Assembly: GCF_963921235.1 (NCBI RefSeq)
Contig: NC_086128.1
Location: 33,728,001 to 33,792,000, forward strand
Origin: Mobula hypostoma
Taxonomy: Eukaryota
Length of the DNA stretch: 64,000 nucleotides
Reading direction: 5' to 3'
Positions 13,671 to 27,904 of this stretch are shown piece by piece; the stretch's first letter is position 1, and each line of letters begins with the position of its first letter. The notes beneath the pieces are model-generated. The model had not been told where the DNA came from, made no database searches, and was given only the letters and a program-made list of their open reading frames with translations. Both the position numbers and the translations under genes were made by a program.

Positions 13671-15621
13671 AAAGAACATCAGGTGTCCTACAGTTATCTT
13701 TGCAGAAAATGCATGTTGTGCAATGTAAACACACAAACACAAATGTTATTCCTTGATGGTATGCATTAGGGATATCAAGAATAAACATGCTTTGTAATGG
13801 AATTCAATAATCTTTAGTATTAAAATATTAGTTGCTTTGAATATTTTATTGTATCCATTTGATTTGCCCATTTAATGATCTGTGATTACAAAAAGTCTTC
13901 AATTTATTTGTACCAAATCTGGTTTATTGTTGAAACTTCCTATTTTGAAGATTTTTTTTCTTGTAAAAATGGACTGAATACTAGGGCTGAGATTCATGGG
14001 AACTTGCAGCTCACTTGAATCTCTCAGTACAAATTTAATACCTGTACCTGAATGATTCATGTCAGGAGAACTTTTTTTGTTTGCTTGTTTTGAGTCCAGT
14101 ATTGGAAAATGATGATGGTAACTAGTTTATTATTTTCACATGTACCAACTTACATTTTGCGTTACATCCTAACAGGTTAATCCAAACATAATTACATCAA
14201 TGTAGTACGAAGTGGAAAAGCAGTATCAATGCAGAACATATTGTTACAATTACCCAGAAAGTGCAGAAAAGGCGATGATGAGGAGATTGAGTTCATCTCA
14301 CCAGCCTCTAAAGAATCCTACAAACTGATCCATTTGGATTTCTAAGATATGAAATTCATCTTTATTTGTTAGTTTCTATTTTGTTAAAGGTGTATTAAGG
14401 GAGAATTTCAGTGACTTTTCCTCCTATCCTTACACAGGAGTTGCATGAGTATTTTAGTATAAAATCAACAATTGCAATTTCTTTATGGTTGATAGTATTT
14501 ATTTGTAGCATTAAGTATTGGATTGAAGCTATAAAGTTAAACAATGTGGGTTTGTCACATGATTATTTTTCCACCAAACACTCAGCATTTCCCTCATGAA
14601 AGCAAAGCCTAGTTTGTAATTAGTTTGTCATATTACGATCGAGGAACGTGTTTGTAGACTGGATATTGAAGTTTTTACTGTTGGACTTCGGCCATATTCC
14701 ACCGAGATACAACACTGGGCGGTACGGGAGGTTGTTCCTGCCTGTGGCCATCGAACTTGCAGCTCCTCCCGTGGAGGGTCAGAGGCCCTGAGCCAATAGA
14801 CTGGTCCTGGACTTATTTTCCATCTGGCATAGTTTGCATTTTGTTGTTTGATTGTTTGTGGTTTTTGTATTGCTATATTTATGCTCTATTCTTGGTTGGT
14901 GCAGCTGTAACGAAACCCAATTTCCCTTGGGATCAATAAAGTATATCTGTCTATCTATCTAAACTTTTAATTATTCTCTCAACTCTGAACTATCCAAACT
15001 ATGTATTTTGAAAACCCCAAAAAACTATTGTCTTAAGCCAGTAATAGCAAATAGATTTCTTGCCTTCGCTGTAGTGTAGTCTATAGTCAGACTTTAAGAT
15101 TACCATGGCTAAGCTCATCATCCACTTTTTTTTAAAAAAAGAACTGTCTGGATTTTCCTAAGGCTCTAAAGAACCACATCCAAGGCTTTGCAGTTTCTGC
15201 AATTGATATGCAAGATTCGTGACAATTAATCTCCGTAGTCCCACTCCTATCTTTCACCTTCTGCAACACTGCAACTTGTGGAAATACCTAATTATGTATA
15301 AGTCCACTGTCTATAGAGATTGTATTTCCATCTAATTCAGTACTGTGTCAGTATCTTCCTTATTTACCAGCCTTATTGATCAGAATTGTTACTACCTCAA
15401 TATTCACTTTCTCTGCAGGATAGAGCTAGTTATCCAGACCCCTTGTTTTATTTCATTATTTTCTGTGCAACTCTTCTTACTATTCCCTACCAAAATTAAG
15501 TGCACAGCCCTGAAGTGTATACTGGATTGCAAGTTTACGTAACAAGTGGAATCATAAATCCAAATTTTTTTCTTTGAAATACCAAGGTTTTGTTGACAGA
15601 ACAGATCAAGAATTTACAGTA

Positions 15622-17252
15622 CAGTGGCATGCAAAAGTTTGGGCACTCCTGGTCAAAATTTCTGTTACTGTGAATAGTTAAGTGAGTAGAAGATGAACTG
15701 ATCTCCAAAAGTCTTAAAGTTAAAGATGAAACATTCTTTTCAACATTTTCAGCAAGATTAGTGTATTATTTTTGTTTTGTACAATTTTAGAGTGGGGGGG
15801 GGGGAAAAGGAAAGGAGCACCATGCAAAAGTTTGGGTACTCCAAGAGATTTGAGCTCTCAGATAACTTTTACCAAGGTCTCAGACCTTAATTAGCTTGTT
15901 AGGGCTATGGCTTGTTCACAGTCATTGTTAGGAAAGGCCAAGTGATGCAATTTTCAAAGCTTTATAAATACCCTGACTCCTCAAACCTTGTCCCAACAAT
16001 CAGCAGCCATGGGCTCCTCTAAGCAGCTGCCTAGCACTCTGAAAATTAAAATAAATGATGCCCACAAAGCAGGAGAAGGCTATAAGAAGATAGCAAAGCG
16101 CTTTCAGGTAGCAATTTCCTCAGTTAATGTAATTAAGAAATGGCAGTTAACAGGAACAGTGGAGGTCAAGTTGAGGTCTGAAAGACCAAGAAAGCTTTCC
16201 GAGAGAACTGCTCGTAGGATTGCTAGAAAGGCAAATCAAAACCCCCGTTTGACTGCAAAAGACTTGCAGGAAGATTTAGCAGACTCTGGAGTGGTGGTGC
16301 ACTGTTCTACTGTGCAGCGACACCTGCACAAATATGACCTTCATGGAAGAGTCATCAGAAGAAAACCTTTTCTGCATCCTCACCACAAAATTCAGCATCA
16401 GAAGTTTGCAAAGGAACATCTAAACAAGCCTGATGCATTTTGGAAAGAAGTCCTGTGGACTGATGAAGTTAAAATAAAACTTTTTGACCGTAATGAGCAA
16501 AGGTGTGTTTGGAGAAAAAAGGGTGCAGAATTTCATGAAAAGAATACCTCTCCAACTGTTAAGCACGGGGGTGGATCGATCATGCTTTGGGCTTGTGTTG
16601 CAGCCAGTGGCACGAGGAACATTTCACTGGTAGAGGGAAGAATGAATTAAATTAAATACCAGCAAATTCTGGAAGCAAACATCACACTGTCTGTTTAAAA
16701 AAAAAAGAGCTGAAGATGAAAAGAGGACGGCTTCTACAACAGGATAATGATCCTAAACCCACCTCAAAATTCACAATGGACTACTTCAAGAGGCACAAGC
16801 TGAAGGTTTTGCCATGGCCCTCACAGTCCCATGACCTAAACATCATCGAAAATCTATGGATAGACCTCAAAAGAGCAGTGCATGCAAGATGGCCCAAGAA
16901 TCTCACAGAACTAGAAGCCTTTTGCAAGGAAGAATGGGTGAAAATCCTCCAAACAAGAATTGAAAGACTTTTAGCTGGCTACGGAAAGCGCTTGCAAGCT
17001 GTGATACTTGCCAAAGGGGGTGTTACTAAGTACAGACCATAGCAGGTGCCCAAATTTTGCTTTGGGCCCTTTTCCTTTTTTTGTTATTTTGAAACTAAAA
17101 GATGGAAATAAAAAAAGTAATCTTGCTTAAAATATTAAAGAAATGTCTCATCTTTTTAACTTCATGCCTTTTGGAAATCAGGTCATCTTTTACTTAGCTA
17201 TTCACAGTAACAGAAATTTTGACCAGGGTACCCAAACTTTTGCATGCCATTG
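15622..17252 (+). mobile_element. Full-length Tc1-family DNA transposon (IR/DR-type ends)
   Basis: Ends TA|cagtggcatgcaaaagtttggg ... cccaaacttttgcatgccattg; long inverted repeats with an inner direct repeat near 15821; encloses a transposase. The right-hand TA reads TT. Confidence 0.95.
16009..17042 (+). pseudogene. Tc1 transposase (DD34E), disrupted
   Basis: Paired-like HTH, WTDE, QQDND and NIIE with exactly 34 residues between the second D and E. Premature TAA at 16648-16650 and a further disruption at the poly-A run near 16700. Confidence 0.93.
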
Positions 17253-17379
17253 TTTATACTAAGAATCATCAGATCTCGATTATGGACTGAAATTCTGATG
17301 AATTTATACTGTGAAGTGCCAGTTTGTTTCCATTAACTTTCTTCTGTTGCCTTTTTTTGTAGTATTGTTTTCATTTCAG

Positions 17380-17755
17380 GTTACCCCATTATAGGAAAGA
17401 TGTGGAGGCAGAAGAGGTTTATGAAGATTCTGCCTGGATTAGAGAGCATGTGCTATAAGGAGCAGTTGAACAAACTTCGGTTGTTTTCTCTGGAATGGTG
17501 GAGGCTGAGGGGAGATCTGGTGGAGGTTTGTAAGATTATCAAGGGCGTAGATAGAGTAGACGGCTGGTATTTTTCCACAGGGCTGTAATGTCTAAAAAGG
17601 CAGCATGCATTTAATAAGAGGGAGTAACTTCAAAGGAAATGTGCAGTTCAAGTTTTCGTTTTACAAAGGGTGATGGGTGCCTGGAATGCACTACCATGGG
17701 GTGATGGCGGAGGCAAAGATAATAGAGGTGTTTAAAAGGCTCTTAGATAGGCTAC
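17380..17755 (+). mobile_element. CR1-type LINE 3' fragment
   Basis: ORF 17400-17588 LRLFSLEWWRLRGDLVEVCKIIKG. Confidence 0.8.
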
Positions 17756-19774
17756 AGGACTGATCATTGCCCAACAGAACAGAGACCAACATATGAGGAA
17801 TAATATGTTAAGAATTTTTGAGAGCTATAGATGCCTATCTGACACTGTTTGGACATCTTGCTCTGTGCTTAATGTGTAAAATTCTTGTGCTTTGTCCATA
17901 TAATTTTGTGTGCCTAATCTTTGATTTTGCTTTTTAGTACCAAACATATAAAATTCAAGAATAGTACAAAATATTCTGGTTGTTTGGATATTTGGTTGTA
18001 AGAGCTTGCTGTGCTTAAGTGTGCTTACTGTACCATGCATTTAATGTGGCTGAGCTAGAGGCAGAGATAACAGTGCATATAGATTAGATGGAGCATTGTT
18101 ACCCATAAAAAACTTAATTGCACTAATAGAGAATAAAATAAACACCACTGAAGTGGTTAAGTATCTCCAATATGTTACTGCTTACTGGGCCAATAGACAT
18201 TGTTTGTCCTTGTCTTTGAAATATAATAAAAATGGCTAGTCCTATTAGTCTTTGATAATTTGGTTCAGATATAGTAAAATATTTTGATGGATTGTGGGCA
18301 TGAACTGTATAGCAAATTCAAAGAAAATAGTGGTTGGAAGAATGATAGATAATCCTGTATATGCTAATGCATTGTATGCTTATGCAGCAATAATGATTAG
18401 ATGCGTTAGAATTCTATGCTGATGTTGTTTCTAGTGCAGGATCAATACTAATTTATAAAGTAAACCTCTTCCCTTCAGGAAGCTGATATTCTAAGCAGTT
18501 CCAACTTCTGGTTGATGCAACACGGAATTATACTGTAGCACAGAACTGTGTCCATGCATTTTCATCTGATTATGCTTCTGTAGATGTATTGTCTTCAGGA
18601 ATTTAGGATTTCAAAAACAAGAATTGCTTACAAAGTGCCAGAGTTTGAAGTTCCCAAGGTAATGCAGGAGTGAGAGTTAATTGTGAGCTTTATAAAGGAG
18701 CTGACTTCAAAGTATTTTGGAAGAATGATTCCTGTGAATGAATGGTCGGACTGCTGCTTAAGTGTTGCCTAGATTGGCATTAATACTCTTCTTAAGGCAA
18801 ATCAAACTGCTTTATAGACTTGGGTTTCTAAAGGTTGTATTTTTGTTGTTAAATTTTCAAACTTGCACTACATACACTTTGACACATGGATTATTCCACA
18901 TAAACTTCTTTTGAGATTATTTAATACCGTAAGCGGTTTTAGATTCCAGGAACAGAAGCTGCATTGTTCTCTATTTTTATTCACAAATCAAACACAATTG
19001 TCAATAGACTTGCATGAAAGAAGCGGTACGGTGTGAAATTCCCATGCTTGTGTTCAGTTGAACTGTGGGAAATATACAACTAGACATTGATTCTGGCAAT
19101 CCAAGTCAGGAGACTTATTCCTATGTTTTTACATTGTTGGTTCTGCCATTGCGCTGATCTGTTGCTGCTTGTGAAAACAGCTAATTGCAACCTGATTTTT
19201 AAATCATGGTTGTAACAGAAATGCTGCTTCAGATAACTTTCTCCAAAAGTATTTATTTTAATTTGACATATTGTTAGAAAATCATTACAGTATTAATTTC
19301 AAGAATGTAATTCCTTTGGAATAAAAGATCTTAAAGCAATATTCTTGCAAGCCATGCTCTTTGGAATAACATATTTGTGTTGCCCTTTTTATGACCACGT
19401 TATTTATGTCTTCTCTTCTGAATTTAAGTATTTAAGCTAGGTATAGCCCAGTTTAGAATGTATGTCTAGCGAGCCTATTTGCTTACATTTGAATTGAGTG
19501 GATCGTTACATGGAACATGCCTCTACTTGTATGCACAGAATATATAAATGAACATGCATTTATATGATCCTCCCGATAACTTCAGAAGTTCTAAAATATT
19601 TTACACCTCATCATCTGATTTTTAAGTGAATGCATAAGTTTCTCAATGAACCATTTTAGGCTTTTGTAGAAATTGATGCTTTTATCCAGATGTTCTCTTT
19701 AAACATGTGTAATTAAATTTAAGATGCTGTGATCTTTGAGAAATATGCTAAAGTTAATCAGATTGGGCTTTTAT

Positions 19775-20065
19775 TTTATTTAGTGATACAGTGCAGAGAA
19801 GGCCCTTCTGACCCTTTGAGCCACGCTGCCCTAGCAACTCCCGACAAACCCAATTTAATCCTAACCTAATCTCGACAATTTATGATGACCCTACCCAGTA
19901 GGTCTTTGGACTGTGAAGAAACTAAAGCACCCAGGGAAAACTCACACATTCCATGGGGAAGATGTATAGACTCCTTACAGACAGCGCTGGAATTGAACTC
20001 CGAACTCCAGAATGCCCCAAGCTGTAATCGTGTTGCACTAATCGCAATGCTACCATGGCGTGTCT
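19775..20065 (-). mobile_element. SINE, reverse orientation
   Basis: The reverse complement begins with a tRNA-like head (ggtagcattgcgattagtgc...gagttcaattcc) and continues with a SINE-like body. Confidence 0.55.
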
Positions 20066-20503
20066 CGTTGCATGCTCCTCAATAAGAGGGACATGCCTTT
20101 TCATTCCCCTCTTATTACAACTAGCTTGTCTTTATTTTTTGCAGAATCCAGATCCATAACATGAAATTCGCTGAATCACCACAAATTTCTATTTTGAGAC
20201 CAGAGTGTTGGATGTGCAGAGTGGAACAGGAAATTATTATCTGACTTGAATGTGATTTACAGTATTTGTAGTAGACATTTAAATTGAAACCTGTGCTATC
20301 ATGACCTGAGTGGCTGCTAACAATGTGGACATTTTTTTTTTCTCTCTAATCCTTGGCTGTGATGTTTTTGATCACATTAGGTTTGCATTCAGTCACAAAT
20401 ACTGAAAATACTTTATACAGCATAACCACTGTTATTGATTAAAGATATAAATTGGGAACAAAATAAACAAATTAGATTGTTTTGTATGATAGCAACTTAA
20501 ATA

Positions 20504-21305
20504 CAGTGGATTCTGGTTAATTGTGCCATTGACACAGCTGTTATTTGGGAAAACTTTTAAAGAACAAAAATTAAATCAAGAAAATAGCCGCGATTCCCTT
20601 TGTTTATTTGGGACACTACCCTGCTTAATTGGGACAGGAGACTTGCTGAACAGTTTCTCACTAGCATCTGTTGTGTGCACTTATGTGGCTGTTAGATACT
20701 ACACCATGCTTAGAGCAATCAGTTTTTAAATAAGGTCGGTTGCGTGTGTTTGTATTCAAAAAGCAGTGATTTTTGTCACTGATAGTTGGCAAAGAATAAG
20801 CAGTAAGACAATTCAGAACTGTTTTGCTCACTGTGGTTTCAAGCATTCAGGCTTGGAGATGCCAGAAATGGCCGGGAGTGAAAATGAAACGATTTCACAA
20901 CTTCAAGTTAGGAACTACGAAGACTTTGAAGGTTCAATCGGCGATCATCTTGAATGTTACAATGAAAATGAAGATTTGGAGGATGCGTTGTATGAAGGTA
21001 GTCCATTATCTGCATTAGATGTCTGTGTTGATTTCGTTCATTTTTAGTCAATCAAAAACCAGATGAATTCTTTCATTGATAACTATTAGGAACTAATATA
21101 GTTTTGTAATACTGTAGAGGTATTGATAGTTTTCTAATTTGTTCTGTATTTCAGTTAAACACATAAATTGTTACTCAATTAAATAATAGTTTGTCTTTTT
21201 TATGCCTTTTAACTATTTCTATGAAACTTCAGCTAATTGGGACAGCAACTTAATTAGGCCAAAACGTACTGGTCCTGATGTGTTCTATTTAACTGGAATC
21301 CACTG
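20504..21305 (+). mobile_element. Non-autonomous pogo/Tigger DNA transposon
   Basis: TA|cagtggattctggttaa ... ttaactggaatccactg|TA inverted ends. Internal remnant SWQRISSKTIQNCFAHCGF resembles a Tigger transposase C-terminus. Confidence 0.85.
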
Positions 21306-23832
21306 TATTGAAGAAGCATGAAGAATATACTTGATTGGCAACATAGCTTCAGTCTTCAAAAATGATCATTTCAATCTTTTTTCTTTACCAAGACAATTTA
21401 GTGTAAGGCCTAATTGATAGCTTACAGTATTTGACAAAACTAAGTGCTGGGATTTTTTTTTAAATCTCAAGATAATTTTCTCCCTGAACCTTTGGTATGG
21501 GAAAAGCCCTGACCAGTGTCTGTTGCACTGAATAGGCTTCAAACTCAGAGTCAACCTTTCCCTTCTCAAAGATGCAGTAATGTTGAGGGGGGGGGCGTTG
21601 GTAGGAGAGTACAAATGGTGCTGTCTCCCTACAGGTGACTACCTTCTTCCGTGTTTCATTTCATACATTAAATGGTTCCCAACAACTACATACCCATACC
21701 TTCGAAGATGAAAAGCACACCTCCCACAGTCTTGTTTTTCTATGCCAAAGTATGACTCATAAATATTTCATATCTGGTATATTCCTCAACTTGCATTTTC
21801 AGATTTTACTGGCTCCTCTGCTTAGCATACTTTGTGTTCCTGTTCCTTCCCACCACTCATGTTGAGAAGTTTTAAACATGGTTTTAATATTAATCTCCAT
21901 TTTGCAGGAAGGTGCACCTGGCAGTCATCAGACGCTTTTCTCGTAGGAAATTAAAACAAGAAGACATGCAAGCTGATGCATTTTGTGTGCCTCTTAGCAA
22001 CCAGTCCATTGAAAAAGAGGCCTACCTTAGAGGTGCAAGATATAGTCCGGAGTGAAGTGGAAGTCTTATTATACAAACTACCTTTCCATGTAGATTCTTG
22101 GACTCTTAAGTGAATACACACAATATGAAAAAGTATTAAAGAAGTCTTTGTCCACCAGCCATCGGTCCATAAAGAAATATTTAACTCAGTGCATTGTTAA
22201 ATACCTTTGCATGTAAGAAAGCCATTGAAATCTTATTAAAATTAAATTAAAATAACTAATGAAGAGCAAGTTTAACATCCCCACTGTGCTAAGTGTATGA
22301 TTACTGACACATTTCTATGCCGAGATCCTGAGAGGGACAGCAAACACCATTTTGAAGTATTAATTATATTTGTACTTAATTAGTTCAAGCACTATACAAT
22401 ATAGAGAGGTTTCATTACTTTGCCATTTCATGTCCTGTTGTTTTACTGCATTGATAAGTTGGACCATTAATCTTAGACCAGGGTTGCCGTAACACATCAG
22501 AGCAGAATTCAGCCCATTGAGTGTGCCATTCAATCATGGCTTTGATCATCAAGGACCCCCACCATCTCTCTTCACTTTTCTCGCTGCTGCCATCAGGAAG
22601 GAGGTTCAGGAGCCTTGTGTCCCATACCATGTTCAGGAACAGTTATTACCCTATAACCATCAGACTCCTGAACCAGCATGTATAACTTCACTCACCTCAA
22701 CTCTGAACTGATTCCACAATCCATGGACTTGCTTTTAAGGACTGATTTTTTTTTTAAATCAATTTTATTATTTTTTATTTGCACAATTCGGTAGCTTTTA
22801 CACATTGGTTGTCAGTTTTTGTTTGTAGCTTTTCATTGATTGTATTTCTTTGTTTTCCTGTGAATGCCTGCAAGAAAATGAAACTCAAGGTACCATATGG
22901 TGACAGAAACTTACTTTGAAGTTTGATTTATTTTTCTTTCTCAAACACATTCTCCTGCCTTCACTCCATAACCTTTGATACCCTTACTAATCCACACTCT
23001 GTCAACCTCTGTTTTAAATATATTCAAAGCCAAATGTGATGATAAATTCAACAGGTTCACCACCCTCTGGCTAAAGAATTCTACTTCATCTTGGTCCTAA
23101 AGGAACATCCTTTTATTCTAAGAATGTGTGCCCTCTGGTCCTAGACTCTTCCATTACTGGAACCATCCTCTCCATGTTCACTCTATCCAGGCCTTACAAT
23201 CCAACTATAGTTTGATGTTGATTTTTGAACAGAAAAAACTGAATTATTATATAATTTTAATTGATAATAGGTGATTAATTATGCAAATAACTGACAAAAT
23301 TTCCTGTTTATAAACTTAAGTAAACAGTTTGTTGGAAATAAGTTTTTGCATTAAAAATAGTTTAGATCTTTTGATTCCAAACTACAGCGATTTTTTTTTT
23401 AAATTATTATCTCTGCATGCTGAGCTATCACAATGTAGGATCCAATCTACATAGGTTAGTTCCTCAAATATTCTGAAAGGTATTGTGGAATTCCAGACAT
23501 TTTAAGTTAAATGTGTATATTATTTTTACCACTGTTTTGTAATTGGAGGTTTTGAAATCTATAGATCAGAAAAGACATTCATCAGTGTCTTACCAGGCCA
23601 GGAAGTCATATATGATATTTCAGACATGGTATAATTTGCAGCCATAATTTGAATTTCTGTCTTGTGCATGTTGCTCTGTAGGTTAGTATAAATTCATTTT
23701 AAACTTGGGTGTACACTGTTGCATGCAGAAGACTTTCATTAATTTATCACTAAGTTGGTTAATTGAATTGACCCTTGATTTAATAGGGGTGTGGAGACCA
23801 CAGTCTGTTTTAGCTGAAATGCTAATTAAATT

Positions 23833-24140
23833 GTTGGCGCGTGGCCAAGTGGTTAAGGTGTCGGTCTAGTGACCTGAAGGTCGCTAGTTCGAGCCTCAGC
23901 TGAGGCAGTGTGTTGTGTCCTTGAGCGAGGCACTTAACCACACATTGCTCTGCGACAACACCAGTGCCAAGCTGTATTGGCCCTAGTGCCCTTCCCTTGG
24001 ACAACATCGGTGGCGTGGAGAGGGGAGACTTGCAGCATTGGCAACTGCCGGTCTTCCATACAACCTTGCCCAGGCCTGTGCCCTGGAAACCTTCCAAGGC
24101 GCAAATCCATGGTCTCGCGAGACTAACGGATGCCTGTAAA
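23833..24140 (+). mobile_element. Young tRNA-derived SINE
   Basis: A box TGGCCAAGTGG, B box GTTCGAGCC, CpGs retained, TSD aattaaatt at 23824-23832 and 24141-24149. Confidence 0.85.
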
Positions 24141-26505
24141 AATTAAATTAGAGCATCATGATTGCTGCTTCTCAGCCTGCTATTAGCTTAACTACTTTGG
24201 TTAATATTCTAAGAGTTAAGGTTGGAATTAAGTAGCTCCTTTTTCTCTTTTGAAAAATTAATTCCAGTAGTTAATTTCTGGTACCTTTAGTTTGTACAGA
24301 GTAGGCTATTCTAGAACTTTTGATTACCCGAAGCTTTCTCTAATATTGAGCTACTCTGCATCAATAATATTTTCTTTGTAGACTGTTGTGCAGCAATTTA
24401 TTGACACTCTGCAAATTGTATTATATTATGTACAGAGCAAAAATCTAATTATTGCAGTTGCTGGAAAATTAATCTTATTAATGACCTAAGCATTTACTCT
24501 TCATAGATATCGCCCAGCTTGCTGTGAATTTCCAGCATTTTCTGGTTTTATTTCTGTTGTATAGAATTTTATAGGGAAGTATTTTTGCAGAAGTAAATTG
24601 GTTTGTTTTATTTTTGAGAAGACACTTCTGTTCACTAAGCTTTAGAGTTTCAGCAGGATTGACTATTGAGACACCTTCATGTGTTTATAAATGTAAGTAA
24701 TTGCAACAGCACTATTGAGATATAGTTTCAACAGTGTGTTAATGCTCTCGTGAGGAAGATGAGGATACCTGCTGTTAAATTATCCCGTAAGCAAATTGAC
24801 AGTTTTAGCTGTGTTTCAGGAGTTTCATACGTATTAATACTAAGCATCCTCTAGTGCTAGTTCGAAATCATTAGGGCATCCCATCCTAATGACTGTGTGG
24901 GGGAGAGTGAAATATAGAGCATAAAATTTGTAGAAATTGATGTATCAGTTAAATCCATGAAAGGAAAAGGGCTAATGTGAAAAGTCCTAAAGAATTAACA
25001 TTTTTTCAGTTCTGATGAAGGATCCCAGCTCAAAACATCAGCTATTTATTTTCCTTCGTAAATGCTTCCTGACTTGCTGAGTTCCTCCAGCACTTGTGTT
25101 GCTCACAATTTCCAGCATCTGCAAGGTCTCGTGTTTAACACTTTTCACCCTTGAATAACGTACACATTGTACTGTGACCAATTGTCTATTTGTCCTTCAT
25201 CCAGTATAGCCACTTTAAACCACCTGCTGTGTGTTTGGCTGGCTAGTCATGTAAACCACTTGAATATACTGTTTAGAATATGCATATCTAAAATGCCACG
25301 TATTATGATTAATAGTACTGATCATTTAGAGTACTGAAATTCCAATTAATTTCAGTGCCTCTGGACTAGTAAGGAGAAGGGAGAAAACAGGAAAAGTATC
25401 TTCATTTTGATCACTATCCAGTAACTCCTAGTGATGCATATGCATGTAAATGAGGGGTCGATGTATGGTCAGAGTCCTATGCAAGTTCTTGTCACAGTGC
25501 AAACTGCTGCTCACTTATCAAGTAAATTCATGAAAGAGCAAATGATTAGCGAGTATTAGCCAGAAGGAGCGGTGAGACAAATAGGGATTTTTTTTTCCTC
25601 CTTTGGATTTGGAGCAGGGAAAAAATATGTTGATCACCTGCCAGTTCTTTCAACTGGCTTTTTGCAGGTATCAATTTTTCATCTATTGATGATTTGATAA
25701 CAAAAGCTAGATATTTTTAAAATTGTGAGAAGATCATTAATTATGAAGAAGAGTTGAATGACTACCTCCATTTAAATTTAATAATTCAAGTTTTAATCAA
25801 AATATGATATGAATTTTACTTTGTCTTAAAAGGTCAACTAAATCTTCTGTTTAGCAAGCATACCTGGTAACTGACAAGATTAATTTTAAGTTCATTTTTA
25901 GAATTGAGCAATTCTCATTCTCTGTCAAGAACATAGTTCCTTTCTGTAGGCCTTTCACCTTTGTTATAATATTTGATGCTTTTGAATACTGACAATTGTA
26001 AATTAGTATCTTAATATTCCCGGTTTGCTTTTCACTAAATTAACTATTGAAAATAGTTGTGGGCTAGTTAGTTATCAGGACTGCACTAATCCAGGCAAGT
26101 TTTCCTCTATATACCTGATTTGGGCCTTGTAAATGATTGAAGAGCTTTGGGGGAGGTGATCCAGTCATTGCCGAATACCCAGCTTTTTGCCTACTTTTGC
26201 TGACACAGTATTCACGAGTTAAGTTTCTAGTCAGTGGTCACTCCCTCGCCCCTCTTCTCTCTAAGGTTATAAGTTTGCTGTTAAATAATGCCGTTTATTT
26301 TTTTAAGAAACGGCTTGCATTAGTGAAAGCTGAATTTTCATCTTTGACTTGGTTTTTATTGGTGGGGAGGAGTTGCGGGGTGGAGCGTTAGTTGACGTTA
26401 TCGTATTTCTTTAACCACAGATGATGTTTGGTGTGCTTTTTTATTTTTTGGGAATTGCTAATTTTATATTTTTTTTTCCCTTTTTAGGTTGTAAAGAAAC
26501 AAACC

Positions 26506-26679
26506 ATGAATGTGGGTACTGCTCACAGCGAAGTGAATCCAAATACCCGAGTTATGAACAGCCGTGGGATTTGGCTGTCTTATATCTTGGGAATTGGATT
26601 ACTTCATATCATTCTCTTGAGCATCCCATTCTTCAGTGTGCCAGTAGTATGGACTCTCACCAATATTATTCATAATACG
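26506..26679 (+). CDS. ORMDL3: ORM1-like protein 3, coding exon 1 (exon starts at 26488)
   Basis: [26 protein letters not shown]...TNIIHNT; polypyrimidine acceptor tttag|G at 26487/8, donor ACG|gtaagg, phase 0. VGTAH, GIWLSY and adjacency to PSMD3 favour ORMDL3 over ORMDL1/2. Confidence 0.97.
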
Positions 26680-27904
26680 GTAAGGCCATCTGAAGTATAA
26701 CGTGCTTTTCAGTCTGTTAAATGCTTTTTTTAGCCAAATAATTACTATATTTTTGAATTGAGGTGGCGTGCACCCTTTTTGTAGTGCTTGTTTTATTTTA
26801 ATTTTGTTACATTTGTATCATTTTCCTAAGCTTAATTTTTCATTGTCAGTTGCCATCATATTTCATAACATTGAACCTCTGTCATAGATCATGGAGGTAA
26901 AATACTTTAAAAACAGTCAGGAAAATGCTACCAGTGAAAATATTTTGTCTCTTGATTTTTTTTTTCCAAAAAAGTTTTCACTTCCAAAATCACTTGGTTC
27001 CAAACAAACACCAGCATTCAATATGTACTCAGATTTTATCACTTAAAATGAAAACCCATAGTCTTTTTATAAAGATTTTTAAATTTCTAAAACTAAGAAA
27101 CGTTCATGAGGTGGTAGAATGCAGGTTGGTGCGTGCTTCAGTAAGTAATGCGTGCGCTTCCAATGCATCATTTACTCATTTTAAAAATAAAAACATTGGC
27201 TTGCTGAGATTGCTGCCTTCATTTTGATCCTTTGAAGGATTTTGTCTTGGAGGATAGATGGAAGAATTATTCCTGAAATTGATGAATGCCCCATTATAAC
27301 CCTGCAATGGCCACTGCTCAGGTGGCCCAATCTCACTCCTTGATGGTGGTCAAAATTAATTGATTGTTCCTTTTAAACACCTACAGTATGCCAGATTTCT
27401 AATATTATAAAACTCCAGTCCTAGTTTAAAACTATGTCTGGTGTATCTACACTTGTTCAAACCTGATAATGACAGATTGTACCTGAATCACTCTTAAAGT
27501 ATGTTTTGGTAAGAATAAATATATTTCAAGGTGATTGCAATCATTTTAGATAAAATAGTGGCAATCAATAAAACAGTCTGTACCTTGTGGCTTAAGTGTG
27601 CACTTATGATGGAGTTGACCCTTTTAGGAGCATCAAAGCGAATCAGCAAATTTATTTTAATTTCCAATGATCTTTGTAAACAATTTGCTGAATGCTGTCA
27701 TGTTTTATTTTTCCTAGGTTGGCAGAGATTTTGTGATCTGTGCAGTTTCCATTCTTTCCACACTACTTTTCTTTGTGATGTTCTTTATTCATGATGTTCC
27801 CAGAAATGGTGCTATTTAAAAAAAAAAATTAGCATTGTCAATCACTTTGCATGATTTCTGCAGTTTGCATACAAGGTTAAAAACCTTTTGTAAATCTGTA
27901 TGCA

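Noticed and set aside
23836-23910. Possible tRNA gene
   Set aside because: It is the head of a SINE with body, tail and TSD; the acceptor stem does not close properly.
26405-26420. U12-type branch-site look-alike ttctttaac
   Set aside because: Too close to the AG, and the upstream donor is U2-type GTAAGT.
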